Of a stretch of DNA of 64,000 nucleotides, positions 8,919-18,800 are shown piece by piece (the stretch's first letter is position 1; each line of letters opens with the position of its first letter). The stretch covers positions 128,001 to 192,000 of the forward strand of contig JACQQD010000005.1 of the NCBI GenBank assembly GCA_016207165.1. Reading direction: 5' to 3'. Source of the DNA: Candidatus Micrarchaeota archaeon. GTDB lineage: Archaea; Micrarchaeota; Micrarchaeia; Norongarragalinales; Norongarragalinaceae. A program made the position numbers and the translations under genes. Under the pieces are notes generated by a model. It had not been told where the DNA came from. It made no database searches and saw only the letters and a program-made list of their open reading frames with translations.

Positions 8919-10133
8919 ATGGCTCAACGCGCAATCCGTGAAATCGACGCCAAAAACATTTTGGTCCACGCCGGCGTGGCGAAATGGCACGGCGTCTTGG
9001 TGGACGGGCAAACGGACTGGAAGACGCTTTCCAAAGACCACCCGTGGCTGTTGAAGGAAAAGCTGGTGGTCAAGCCCGACCAATGCTTTGGCCAACGAGG
9101 CAAGCACGGCTTGGTTTTGTTGAACGCCGATTTGAAGGGCGTCGAGCAATTCGTGCGGAAAAACATGAACCGGGTCGTTGAATTAAACGGCGTGAAAGGC
9201 CCCTTGACGCACTTCTTGATCGAGCCGTTTGTCCCGCATCAAGCCGAGTACTACGCCGCCATCCAGACCGAGAAAGACCACGACGTGGTTTTTTTCTCCT
9301 TGAAAGGCGGCGTGGACGTGGAGGAAAACTGGGACCGCATCCAACCATTCAAAGTCGGAGTCCTTGACGACTTGGATTCGGTGTCCTTTGGCTTGCCCAA
9401 GATGCCGGAGCGCGACGCGGTCCACGCGTTTCTCAAGAAACTCTACCGCGTCTTTGCCGAGAACGACTTTTCGTTTTTGGAGTTGAACCCTTTTTGCATG
9501 GTGGACGGAAAGCCGGTGCTGCTGGATGCCGTGGCGCGGCTGGACGACACGGCGGCCTTCAAAGGCAAGTGGAACGTCGAGTTCCCGGCGCCTTTTGGCC
9601 GGACGTTGTCCAAGGAGGAAGCCTACATCAAGTCGTTGGACGAGAAAACCGGTGCGTCATTGAAGCTGACCGTCTTGAACCCGAAGGGAAAAATCTGGAC
9701 GCTGGTCGCCGGCGGCGGAGCGTCCGTGGTGTACGCCGACACCATCGTCGACTTGGGCTTCCAAAAAGAGCTGGCCAACTACGGAGAGTATTCCGGCAAT
9801 CCCAACGACGAAGAAACCTACCTTTACACCAAAACCGTGCTGGAATTGTTGGTCAAAGGAAACGGGCAGATTCTTTTGATTGGCGGCGGCATCGCCAACT
9901 TCACCGACGTGGCCAAGACCTTCAAAGGCATCATCCAGGCGCTGAGCGAATTTGCGCCGGCGCTCAAGAAAAAAGGCGTGAAAATATACGTTCGCCGCGG
10001 GGGTCCCAACTACCAGCAAGGCTTGGAACACATGCGGCAACTGGGCGAGAAAACGGGTTTGTCCATCCAAGTCTTTGGCCCGGAAACGCATATGACGAAG
10101 ATCGTTCCCATGGCGCTTGAGGAGCTGAAATGA
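8919..10133 (+). CDS. aclB: ATP citrate lyase, ATP-grasp/citrate-binding subunit
   Basis: LVVKPDQ, VAGGGASVVYADT, NYGEYSG, GGGIANFT, RRGGPNYQ. Confidence 0.93.
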   Translation: MAQRAIREIDAKNILVHAGVAKWHGVLVDGQTDWKTLSKDHPWLLKEKLVVKPDQCFGQRGKHGLVLLNADLKGVEQFVRKNMNRVVELNGVKGPLTHFLIEPFVPHQAEYYAAIQTEKDHDVVFFSLKGGVDVEENWDRIQPFKVGVLDDLDSVSFGLPKMPERDAVHAFLKKLYRVFAENDFSFLELNPFCMVDGKPVLLDAVARLDDTAAFKGKWNVEFPAPFGRTLSKEEAYIKSLDEKTGASLKLTVLNPKGKIWTLVAGGGASVVYADTIVDLGFQKELANYGEYSGNPNDEETYLYTKTVLELLVKGNGQILLIGGGIANFTDVAKTFKGIIQALSEFAPALKKKGVKIYVRRGGPNYQQGLEHMRQLGEKTGLSIQVFGPETHMTKIVPMALEELK

Positions 10134-10257
10134 ATGCGTTTACATGAGTTTAGGGAAAGGGGCGAGGCGGAGCAAGCGCCAGGGGAAAACCGTAGGTTTG
10201 CCCCGGGGCTTGCATGCACGAAGATCGTTCCCATGGCGCTTGAGGAGCTGAAGTGAA
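10095..10257. repeat. Hairpin element copy 2, flanked by a 40-bp direct repeat of the aclB end / aclA start (10095-10134 and 10218-10257, 1 mismatch)
   Basis: acgaagatcgttcccatggcgcttgaggagctgaa(a/g)tgaa occurs twice; core gaggcggagcaagcgccaggggaaaaccgtaggtttgccccggggcttgcatgc. Confidence 0.9.
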
Positions 10258-12070
10258 AAAGTTTATGACTCTTTTCGACGAAAACACGCAGGCCATCATC
10301 TTCGGCATGCAAGCCCAAGTCGTCCAACGCATGCTGGATTTCGACTTCATGTGCGGCCGGAAAACCCCGTCGGTGGCCGCCGTGGTCAACCCTTCGGACA
10401 CTCGGATGCTGGCCGTCTTTTTCGGTTCCAAGCAAGTCTTGGTTCCTGTGTACGCGTCCACGAAAGAAGCCTTTCAAAAACATCCCGTTGCCTCGGTGTT
10501 CATCAACTTTGCTTCGTTCCGCTCCGCGTTTGACACCACGTGGGATGCCTTGGATTTGCCGCAAGTTTTGTCCGTGGCCGTGATTGCCGAAGGCATGCCT
10601 GAGCGCGACACCCGGAGGCTTGCGGCGAAAGCCAAAAAACTTTCCAAGCCCTTCATCGGCCCGGCCACCGTCGGCGGCCTGACGGCGGGTTGCTTCAAGA
10701 TTGGCAACACCGGCGGTGCCGTGGACGCCATGATCGACGCGAAACTCTACCGCTCCGGCTCCGTGGGATTCGTTTCCAAGTCCGGCGGCATGTCCAACGA
10801 ATTGTTCAACCTGCTTTCCCACCACACCGACGGCGTCTGCGAAGGCATCGCCATCGGCGGCGACCGCTTCCCCGGCACCACGCTTTACGACCACGTGCAA
10901 CGGTTCGAGAAGGATCCCAAAATCAAGCTCATCGTCGTCTTGGGTGAATTGGGGGGAACCGACGAGTACGACATCGCCGACGCGGTGGCGAAAAAGAAGA
11001 TCAAAAAGCCGGTGGTGGCCTGGGTCACCGGCACCTGCGCGGCGCTTTTTGCCACCGAAGTCCAATTCGGCCATGCGGGCGCCAAGAGCGGTTCCAAGAA
11101 GGAAAGTGCGCAAGAAAAAAACGAGGCCCTAAAAAAAGCGGGGGTCTTCGTTCCGAAAAGCTACGACGACTTCGGTGAACTCATCCAAAAAGTATTCGAG
11201 AAGCACGTGGGAAAAATTCCCGCGGAAACGCAAAACCCCCCCGTCATTCCGGAAGACTTTTCCGTGGCGGTAAAGAAAAACCGAGTCCGCCGGCCCGCCT
11301 CCATCGTGTCCAGCATCTCGGATGACCGCGGCGAAGACGTGCTGTACCACGGCGAGACCCTGACTTCCCTTCTGGAAAGAAAAGCCAGCCTGGGGGACGT
11401 CATCGCTTTGTTGTGGTTCAAAAAGAAGCTTCCCGCCTGGGCCACTGAGTTTATGGAAATGACGCTCAAAATCACGGCCGACCACGGGCCCGCTGTTTCC
11501 GGGGCGCACAACGCCATCGTCGCCTCGCGCGCCGGCAAGGACTTGGTTTCGTGCCTGGCTTCGGGTTTGTTGACCATCGGCCCCCGTTTTGGAGGCGCCA
11601 TTGACGATGCGGCCCGCTACTGGCAAGCGGCCGTCTCTCAAGGACAGGCGCCCAAGGCGTTCGTGGATGAAATGAAAGCCAAGAACGTCTTGATTCCCGG
11701 CATTGGCCACCGCGTCAAATCCATCCAAAACCCCGACGCCCGCGTGGCCGCGCTCAAGGCCTACGCCCAAAAGCATTTCCCGTCCACCCAGCACCTGCAA
11801 TTCGCCTTGGACGTCGAGAAACTGACCACCCAGAAGAAAGGCAACCTGATTCTCAACGTGGACGGCTGCATTGCCGCCTTGTTTCTGGACCTTTTCGATT
11901 CCTGCCCCGAGTTTTCCGGCGAGGAAAAAAGACAGCTGGTGGACATTGGGGTCCTGAATGCCTTTTTTGCTTTGGGGCGAAGCATTGGCATGATTGGGCA
12001 CGCCATCGACCAAAAACGCCTGCAACAGCCCTTGTACCGGCACGACTGGGACGACGTGCTGTACCTCTAA
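10253..12070 (+). CDS. aclA: ATP citrate lyase, CoA-binding/citryl-CoA lyase subunit
   Basis: INFASFRSA, IGPATVGG, KSGGMSNE, QFGHAGA (phospho-His), ADHGPAVSGAHN, YRHDWDD. Confidence 0.94.
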   Translation: MKKFMTLFDENTQAIIFGMQAQVVQRMLDFDFMCGRKTPSVAAVVNPSDTRMLAVFFGSKQVLVPVYASTKEAFQKHPVASVFINFASFRSAFDTTWDALDLPQVLSVAVIAEGMPERDTRRLAAKAKKLSKPFIGPATVGGLTAGCFKIGNTGGAVDAMIDAKLYRSGSVGFVSKSGGMSNELFNLLSHHTDGVCEGIAIGGDRFPGTTLYDHVQRFEKDPKIKLIVVLGELGGTDEYDIADAVAKKKIKKPVVAWVTGTCAALFATEVQFGHAGAKSGSKKESAQEKNEALKKAGVFVPKSYDDFGELIQKVFEKHVGKIPAETQNPPVIPEDFSVAVKKNRVRRPASIVSSISDDRGEDVLYHGETLTSLLERKASLGDVIALLWFKKKLPAWATEFMEMTLKITADHGPAVSGAHNAIVASRAGKDLVSCLASGLLTIGPRFGGAIDDAARYWQAAVSQGQAPKAFVDEMKAKNVLIPGIGHRVKSIQNPDARVAALKAYAQKHFPSTQHLQFALDVEKLTTQKKGNLILNVDGCIAALFLDLFDSCPEFSGEEKRQLVDIGVLNAFFALGRSIGMIGHAIDQKRLQQPLYRHDWDDVLYL

Positions 12071-12210
12071 ATCCTAGGCCCACTCGGAAAAAAAGTTTCC
12101 ATTCATCGACGGTCTCATCTACGTTCTTGCCGTTCAATTGGATTAGCCTCTTTTGTCGGGTAGTGGGCTTCGGTTCTGATGGTTCAAGGACAAGCCCCCT
12201 CCGAGGCGAT

Positions 12211-12221
12211 ACCTTTAAAAG
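12211..12221 (+). promoter_or_regulatory. Putative TATA box of the rpo operon
   Basis: ACCTTTAAAAG; the same motif lies upstream of tuf (~33091) and a similar CTTTAAAAA upstream of rpl30e (~27118). Confidence 0.55.
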
Positions 12222-12297
12222 GGTTTTGTGCTATAAGGAGTAATCCGGTCGGAACCTTCTTGGTTTAGTGGTCGCCTTGGCGAATTTTAGCGGTGGG

Positions 12298-12540
12298 ATG
12301 GGTACGGATACAATCAAAACGGTCAACAACTTTTTAGTGCCTAAAGCCCAGAAGGCATCCGTTGATGACGTCAAGAAACTCTGTGACCAATTCCGCATCA
12401 CGGCCCAACAACTGCCCCGCGTCCTTTCTTCAGACCCCGGCGTGTCCGGTTTAAGCGTGCAGGAAGGCGACGTGGTGAAGTTCACGCGCAAAAGCTGGGT
12501 CACCGGAAAACCCGAGGACTATTACCGTTTGGTGATCTAG
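12298..12540 (+). CDS. rpoH: RNA polymerase subunit H (Rpo5)
   Basis: LVPK, QLPRV, SDP, GDVVKFTRKS, YYRLV; first gene of the rpo operon. Confidence 0.92.
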   Translation: MGTDTIKTVNNFLVPKAQKASVDDVKKLCDQFRITAQQLPRVLSSDPGVSGLSVQEGDVVKFTRKSWVTGKPEDYYRLVI

Positions 12541-12545
12541 GGTAA

Positions 12546-14012
12546 ATGGTGTACCTCGAACTCACGGAAAGCTACCTGCGCCAGAAAAGCCTGGTCCAGC
12601 AGAACTTGGACTCCTACAACCGCTTTCTTGAAGAAAAAATGCAGGAAATCGTGGAAGCCCAAGGGCAAATCGAGCCCCAAGTGGAAGGCTACCTCATCAA
12701 ACTCGGCAAGATTCGCGCCGAAAAACCCATGGTCACCGAAGCCGACGGTTCCCGTCGCCCCCTGCTTCCCATGGAGGCCCGCATGCGCGACTTGTCCTAC
12801 ACGGCGCCCTTGTTTTTGGAAATGACGCAGGTCGTCAACGGCGTTGAAAAGCGTCCGGAAGACGTGTTCATCGGCGAATTGCCCGTCATGCTGAAAAGCA
12901 AGTTGTGCTACCTGCACGGCAAAAACCACTCGGAATTGGAGTTGGCCGGCGAGGACGCCAAGGACTCGGGCGGGTACTTCATCATCAACGGCACCGAAAA
13001 AAGTTTGATGACGCTGGAAGACTTGGCGCCCAACCGCATCATGGTCTCCCGCGAAAAAGACAAGGAAGTCGTGCAAGGCAAGATTTTTTCCACCCGCACG
13101 GGTTTCCGCGGACGCTGTACCGTGGACCGCTCCCGCGAAGGCAAGCTCACCGTGACGTTGCCTTCCTACAACAAGTCCCTGGAACTCATCTTGGTGTTGT
13201 ACGCCTTGGGCTTGGACTCCGAGGAGAAAGTCGTCTCCGCTTTCGGAAAAGAAAAGGAAGTCCACAACGATTTGCTTTTGAATTTCGAACTCAACCCCGT
13301 CAAAAACAAGAAAGACGCCCTGGAGACCATCGGCAAACGCGCGGCGCCCGGCCAACCCGTCGACTACCAGCTCAAACGCGCCGAATTGTTGTTGGACCGC
13401 TACTTGTTGCCGCACATCGGCGTGACGCAAAAAGACCGCCTCAGCAAGGCGTACTTCTTGTCCCGCATGTCGGAACGCGTGATTTTGGTTGCGCACAAGA
13501 AACGCGCGGTGGAAGACAAGGACCACTACGCCAACAAACGCCTCAAGATCGCCGGCAAACTCATGGAGGAACTCTTCCGCTACGCCTTCGGATTTCTCGT
13601 CAAGGACGTCGCCTACCAAATCGAGCGCGCCAACGTCCGAGGACGTCGGATGAGCATGTTCGCCTTGGTCCGTCCCGACGCGTTAACCGACCGCATCAAG
13701 TACGCCATGGCCACCGGCAACTGGGTGGGAGGCCACACCGGCGTGTCCCAACCCATGGACCGCTACAACTTCATTTCCGCCGCTTCATTCTTAAAGCGCG
13801 TCACGTCGCCTTTGGCCAAAAAACACCCGCACTACAAGGCCCGCGACCTGAACGGCACGCACTGGGGGCGCCTGGATCCCAACGAGACGCCGGAAGGCCC
13901 CAACTGCGGCCTGGTCAAAAACCTCGCGCTGTACTGCGAAGTCACCACCGGAATTAAAGAACAAGCCGTTGAAGCCACGCTGAAGAAAATGGGGTTGACC
14001 ATGCGCGTATGA
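12546..14012 (+). CDS. rpoB2: RNA polymerase subunit B'' (Rpo2N)
   Basis: PMEARMRDLSY, GGYFIING, DKDHYANKRL, ETPEGPNCGLVKN. Confidence 0.96.
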   Translation: MVYLELTESYLRQKSLVQQNLDSYNRFLEEKMQEIVEAQGQIEPQVEGYLIKLGKIRAEKPMVTEADGSRRPLLPMEARMRDLSYTAPLFLEMTQVVNGVEKRPEDVFIGELPVMLKSKLCYLHGKNHSELELAGEDAKDSGGYFIINGTEKSLMTLEDLAPNRIMVSREKDKEVVQGKIFSTRTGFRGRCTVDRSREGKLTVTLPSYNKSLELILVLYALGLDSEEKVVSAFGKEKEVHNDLLLNFELNPVKNKKDALETIGKRAAPGQPVDYQLKRAELLLDRYLLPHIGVTQKDRLSKAYFLSRMSERVILVAHKKRAVEDKDHYANKRLKIAGKLMEELFRYAFGFLVKDVAYQIERANVRGRRMSMFALVRPDALTDRIKYAMATGNWVGGHTGVSQPMDRYNFISAASFLKRVTSPLAKKHPHYKARDLNGTHWGRLDPNETPEGPNCGLVKNLALYCEVTTGIKEQAVEATLKKMGLTMRV

Positions 14013-15817
14013 AGTGCAGCGTTTTTCTGAACGGGCGTTTTGCCGGCTTTCACGACAACGGCGACAAGCTGGCCGAGGAACTCCGCAAAAAGCGCCGCGC
14101 CGGCGAAGTCAGCGCCCAAATGAATGTCGCGTACTACAAGCGGACGGACGAAGTCTTCATCAACACGGATTCCGGCCGCGCCCGCCGGCCGCTTTTGGTC
14201 GCCAAATCCGGTTCCCCCCTGTTGACCAACGAACACCTCGAGAAACTGGAGAAAAAGGAACTTACCTGGAACGACTTGGTAAACGAAGGCATCATTGAAT
14301 ACTTGGACGCCGAGGAAGAGGAAAACGCCTACGTGGCCTTGTACAAAGAGGACCTCAAGCCCGAGCACACGCACCTGGAAATCGACCCGTCCATGATCCT
14401 GGGCTACGCTTCCAGCCAAGTTCCGTTTCCCGAATACAACATGGCGCCCCGTGTGTTGATGGCCGCCCAGCACACCAAGCAATCCCTGGGCCTGTATGCT
14501 TCCAACTTCAACCTGCGCACCGACACCCTGGCCCACGTGTTGCACTACCCCCAACAACCCCTGGTGCAGACGCGCGTGTACAAGGCGTTGGAAAACCAGA
14601 AACGCTCTTCCGGCCAGAACTTCGTCGTCGCCGTTTTGTCCTACGAAGGCTTCAACATGAACGACGCCGTGGTCCTCAACAAGAACGCGGTGGAGCGCTC
14701 CATGGGCCGCAGCACCTTCTTTAGAACCTACAACGCCGAAGAACGCCGATACCCGGGCGGACAGCGCGACAAGATGGGCCGCCCCGAGGAATTCGTGCAA
14801 GGATATCTGGGTGAAGAAGCCTACATGCACTTGGATGCCGACGGCATCGTTCCTCCGGAAACCCCGGTGGAAGGCAACGCCGTCCTGGTGGGAAAAACCT
14901 CGCCCCCCCGCTTCTTGAAGGAAATCTCGGCGTTGGACGTGGAAACCGAAAAACGCCGCGAGTCCTCCATCACCGTCCGCTCCAACGAGAAAGGCATCGT
15001 CGACTCCGTCATGTTGTCGGAATCCACGGCCGGCAACAAGTTCATCAAGATTCGGTTGCGCCGCACCATGATTCCCGAAATCGGCGACAAGTTTGCCAGC
15101 CGTTTCGGCCAGAAAGGCGTCGTGTCCCTCATGGTGCCCCAGGAGGACATGCCGTACACCCGCGACGGCGTGGTTCCCGACTTGATCATCAACCCCCACG
15201 CCATCCCCGGCCGCATGACGGCAGGGCATTTGTTGGAAATGCTGGCAGGCAAGTCCTCGGCGTTGGATGGACAAACCAAGGACGGCACCGCTTTCTCTGG
15301 AAACACGCAGGAAGACTTCGAAAACGCGCTTCGCAACGCCGGCTTTCACTACTCCGGCCGCGAAGTGTTGTACGACGGCAAAAGCGGCAAGCGCATCTAC
15401 GCCAAAATCTTCATGGGCGTCATCTACTACCAGCGCCTGCACCACTTGGTCTCCCTCAAAATGCACGCCCGTTCCCGCGGCCCCGTGCAAATGCTCACGC
15501 ACCAGCCCACCGAAGGCCGCGCCCGCGAAGGAGGGCTGCGCCTTGGAGAAATGGAGCGCGACTGCTTCATCGGATTCGGCGCCGCATCGCTTCTGAAAGA
15601 ACGCATGATTGACTCGTCCGACAAAACCGTCCAATTGGTCTGCACCAAATGCGGTTGTCTGGCGGTGTACGACAAAATCAAGAACAAGCGGTATTGCCCG
15701 CTCTGCGAGTCGTCGGAGACCACGGAAGTCGAAATGAGTTACGCGTTCAAGCTGCTGCTGGATGAAATGAAGGCCATCGGGATTTTCCCGCAAATGAAAC
15801 TCAAGGAGAGGGCATGA
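14009..15817 (+). CDS. rpoB1: RNA polymerase subunit B' (Rpo2C)
   Basis: GDKFASR-GQKG, PDLIINPH, GGLRLGEMERDC, C-terminal zinc ribbon. Confidence 0.96.
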   Translation: MKCSVFLNGRFAGFHDNGDKLAEELRKKRRAGEVSAQMNVAYYKRTDEVFINTDSGRARRPLLVAKSGSPLLTNEHLEKLEKKELTWNDLVNEGIIEYLDAEEEENAYVALYKEDLKPEHTHLEIDPSMILGYASSQVPFPEYNMAPRVLMAAQHTKQSLGLYASNFNLRTDTLAHVLHYPQQPLVQTRVYKALENQKRSSGQNFVVAVLSYEGFNMNDAVVLNKNAVERSMGRSTFFRTYNAEERRYPGGQRDKMGRPEEFVQGYLGEEAYMHLDADGIVPPETPVEGNAVLVGKTSPPRFLKEISALDVETEKRRESSITVRSNEKGIVDSVMLSESTAGNKFIKIRLRRTMIPEIGDKFASRFGQKGVVSLMVPQEDMPYTRDGVVPDLIINPHAIPGRMTAGHLLEMLAGKSSALDGQTKDGTAFSGNTQEDFENALRNAGFHYSGREVLYDGKSGKRIYAKIFMGVIYYQRLHHLVSLKMHARSRGPVQMLTHQPTEGRAREGGLRLGEMERDCFIGFGAASLLKERMIDSSDKTVQLVCTKCGCLAVYDKIKNKRYCPLCESSETTEVEMSYAFKLLLDEMKAIGIFPQMKLKERA

Positions 15818-18800
15818 AAATGAAAGTAATCGGCGGACTGCATTTCACGTTGTTTTCTCCAGAACAGATTCGGTCCCTGAGCTCCATCAAGATCACCGTT
15901 CCGGACACGTACGACGAGGACGGCTACCCCATTTCCGGCGGCTTGGCCGACCAGCGCCTCGGCGTCATCGACCCGGGCTTGAAGTGCAAGACCTGCGGAG
16001 GCCGGATGCGCGACTGCACCGGCCATTTCGGGCACATCGAATTGGTTCGACCCGTGGCCCACGCGGGATTTGCCAAAGCCGTCTACCAGTTTTTAAAAGC
16101 GTGCTGCCGCAAATGCGGGCGCCTCATGCATCCGGCCAATTCCTTGTCCAAAGTCAAGAAAGCCTCGGAATGCCCCCACTGCGGCGAAAAACAGCGCCCC
16201 ATCAAGTTCGTCAAGCCCACGGCCTTTTTCGAGGAAGACCGAAAACTGTTGCCCAACGAAGTCCGCGAACGGCTCGAACGCATCCAAGACGAGGACCTCG
16301 CCGTTTTAGGCGTCAAGGTCCGGCCCGAATGGATGGTTTTAACTGTTTTGATCGTGCCGCCCGTGACGGTCCGGCCCTCCATCACCCTGGAGACCGGCGA
16401 ACGCTCGGAAGACGACTTGACGCACAAACTCGTCGACATCATCCGCATCAACCAACGCCTGGAAGAAAACGTGGAAGCCGGCGCACCGCAACTGATCATC
16501 GAGGACCTCTGGGAACTTCTGCAATACCACGTGTCCACCTACTTTGACAATGAAATCGCCGGCATTCCCCCTGCCCGCCACCGGTCCGGCCGGCAACTCA
16601 AGACGTTGTTCCAGCGCTTGAAAGGAAAAGAAGGCCGCTTCCGCTACAACTTGTCCGGCAAACGCGTCAACTTCTCCGCCCGCACCGTCGTCTCGCCGGA
16701 CCCGACGCTGGGCATCAACGAACTGGGAGTGCCTGAGGAAATCGCCCGCGAACTGACGCTGCCGGTCTCCGTCACGGAATGGAACGCCGAAAACCTCCGC
16801 CAACTCATCCGCGTTCATCCCGAAAAAATCAATTACGTCATCCGCCCCGACGGAAAACGCAAAAAAATCACGGTCGCCAACCTCAACGAAGTCCTCGAAG
16901 AGTTGTCCGCCGGCTACGTCGTCGAACGCCAGCTCATGGACGGCGACTTGGTCATCTTCAACCGCCAACCCTCGCTTCACCGCGTGTCCATGATGTGCCA
17001 CTCCGTCAAAGTCCTGCCTGGCAAGACCTTCCGGTTCAACGTCGCGGACTGCCGCCCCTACAACGCCGACTTTGACGGCGACGAAATGAACGTGCACGTG
17101 CCCCAAAACGAGGAGGCGCAAAGCGAAGCCGAACTCTTGATGAAAGTCGAAGACCAACTGCTCTCCCCGCGCAACGGCGACCCCATCATTTCTCCGGATC
17201 TTGACCAAGTCACCGGCTTGTACATCCTGACGCAACCCGAATTGGTTTTCGACCGCGCCGACGCGTCCTGGCTCATCAGCGTGGCGGGCGTCGACGGCGA
17301 GTTCTCCAAGTCCAAAGTCTCCGGCCAGGAAATCTTGTCCAAACTCTTGCCGGAAAACCTGTCCGCGTTCTTCCACGCCAAACGCTGCAAGTTCAGAAAA
17401 GTGGAAGGCGAATGCGAGAACCCCAGTTGCGTAAAGATCACCAACGGCAAAATCGCTCGAGGAGTCGTCGACGCCAAGATCAGCGACGACTTGGTGTCCT
17501 TGATCGCCCGCGAACACGGCGGCGAGGCCGGCCGCAAATACATCGACGCCGTCTCCAAACTCACCGTGCATTTGGCCACCCGCTACGGCCTGTCGCTTTC
17601 CTTGGACGATTACTACTTGCCCGCTGAAGCCAAGACGCAAGTCATCGACTTGTACAAAGAGGCCCGAAAACAAGTGCGCGTTTTGCTCCAGCAATACCGC
17701 TCCAACCGCCTCAAGCGCTTGCCGGGCAAGACGCTCAAGGAAACCCTGGAAGAACAAGTCATGGAACTCGTGGAAAAAGTCCGCCACGACTGCTGGAAAA
17801 TCGTCCGCAAACACATCAAGTCCTCGACCGTCCAAGCGCCCCTATCCCAATTCCAGCACAACCCCGCCATTTTGATGGCGCAAGCCGGGGTCAAGAACAA
17901 GCCCATCAACGTCGTACAGATGTCGGCTCTGGTCGGCCAGCAAGCCGTTCGCGGGAAGCGCATGACCTCCGGATTCCGACGCCGCATCCTGCCGCACTTC
18001 CGCCGCGGGGACCTCAATGATGACGCCCGAGGCTTTGTGCGGTCCAGCTACAAGCAAGGACTTTCCCCCACCGAATACTTCTTCCACGCCGCCGGCGGCC
18101 GGGACTCGGTGGTCGACAAAGGCGTCAACCCCGCCAAGACGGGGTACATGCAGCGCCGGCTGATCAACGCCCTTCAAGACCTCATCGTCCAGAAAGACCT
18201 GTCCGTCCGCGACTCCTCGCACCGCGTCGTCCAATTCACGTACGGCGACGACGCCTTGGACCCCATGGACCGCAAAACCATTTCCTACGGCGAACCCGTT
18301 GGCGTGGTCGCCGCGCAAAGCATTGGCGAGCCCGGCACCCAAATGACGTTGCGCACCTTCCACTACGCCGGCGTGGCCTCCTTGGCGCAACTGGGCTTTA
18401 CCCGCATGGTCGAATTGGTCGACGCCCGAAAGACGCCCAAGAAACCCGTCATGGAAATCTACTTGAAATCTCCGTACAACAAGGACTGGGAGAAAGCCAA
18501 AGACGTGGCCGCCTCCATCGAGGAAGTCACCTTGGACAAAGTCGCCTCCATCGAAGAGAACTTCACCCGCAAAGCCGTCACCATCACCTTGAACCGCTCG
18601 CTGTTGAGGGAAAAGAACATCCGGGAACCGGACGTGTTAAGCAAAGTCAAGGAAATCGCGGGCGAGTACGAGCCGGACAAAGACGGCAACGAAATCTACA
18701 TCAAACCGAAGAACGACTCGCTGAAAAACATCCGCAAAATGACCACCAAGCTCCGCGACGTCCACCTGAAAGGCATTCCAGGCATCAAGCGCGTCATCAT

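Noticed and set aside
5723-12070. Autotrophic reverse TCA cycle
   Set aside because: Only acn, icd and acl are visible. The other diagnostic enzymes are not in the window.
12076-12170. Imperfect inverted repeat (aggcccact...agtgggctt) after aclA as a MITE
   Set aside because: Only ~9 bp match well, it is single-copy in the window, and there is no target duplication.
13832-15793. Long antisense ORFs (e.g. 653 aa here, 579 aa at 29327-31066, 498 aa at 16339-17835)
   Set aside because: They are shadows of highly biased GC-rich coding strands of conserved genes, with no recognisable motifs.
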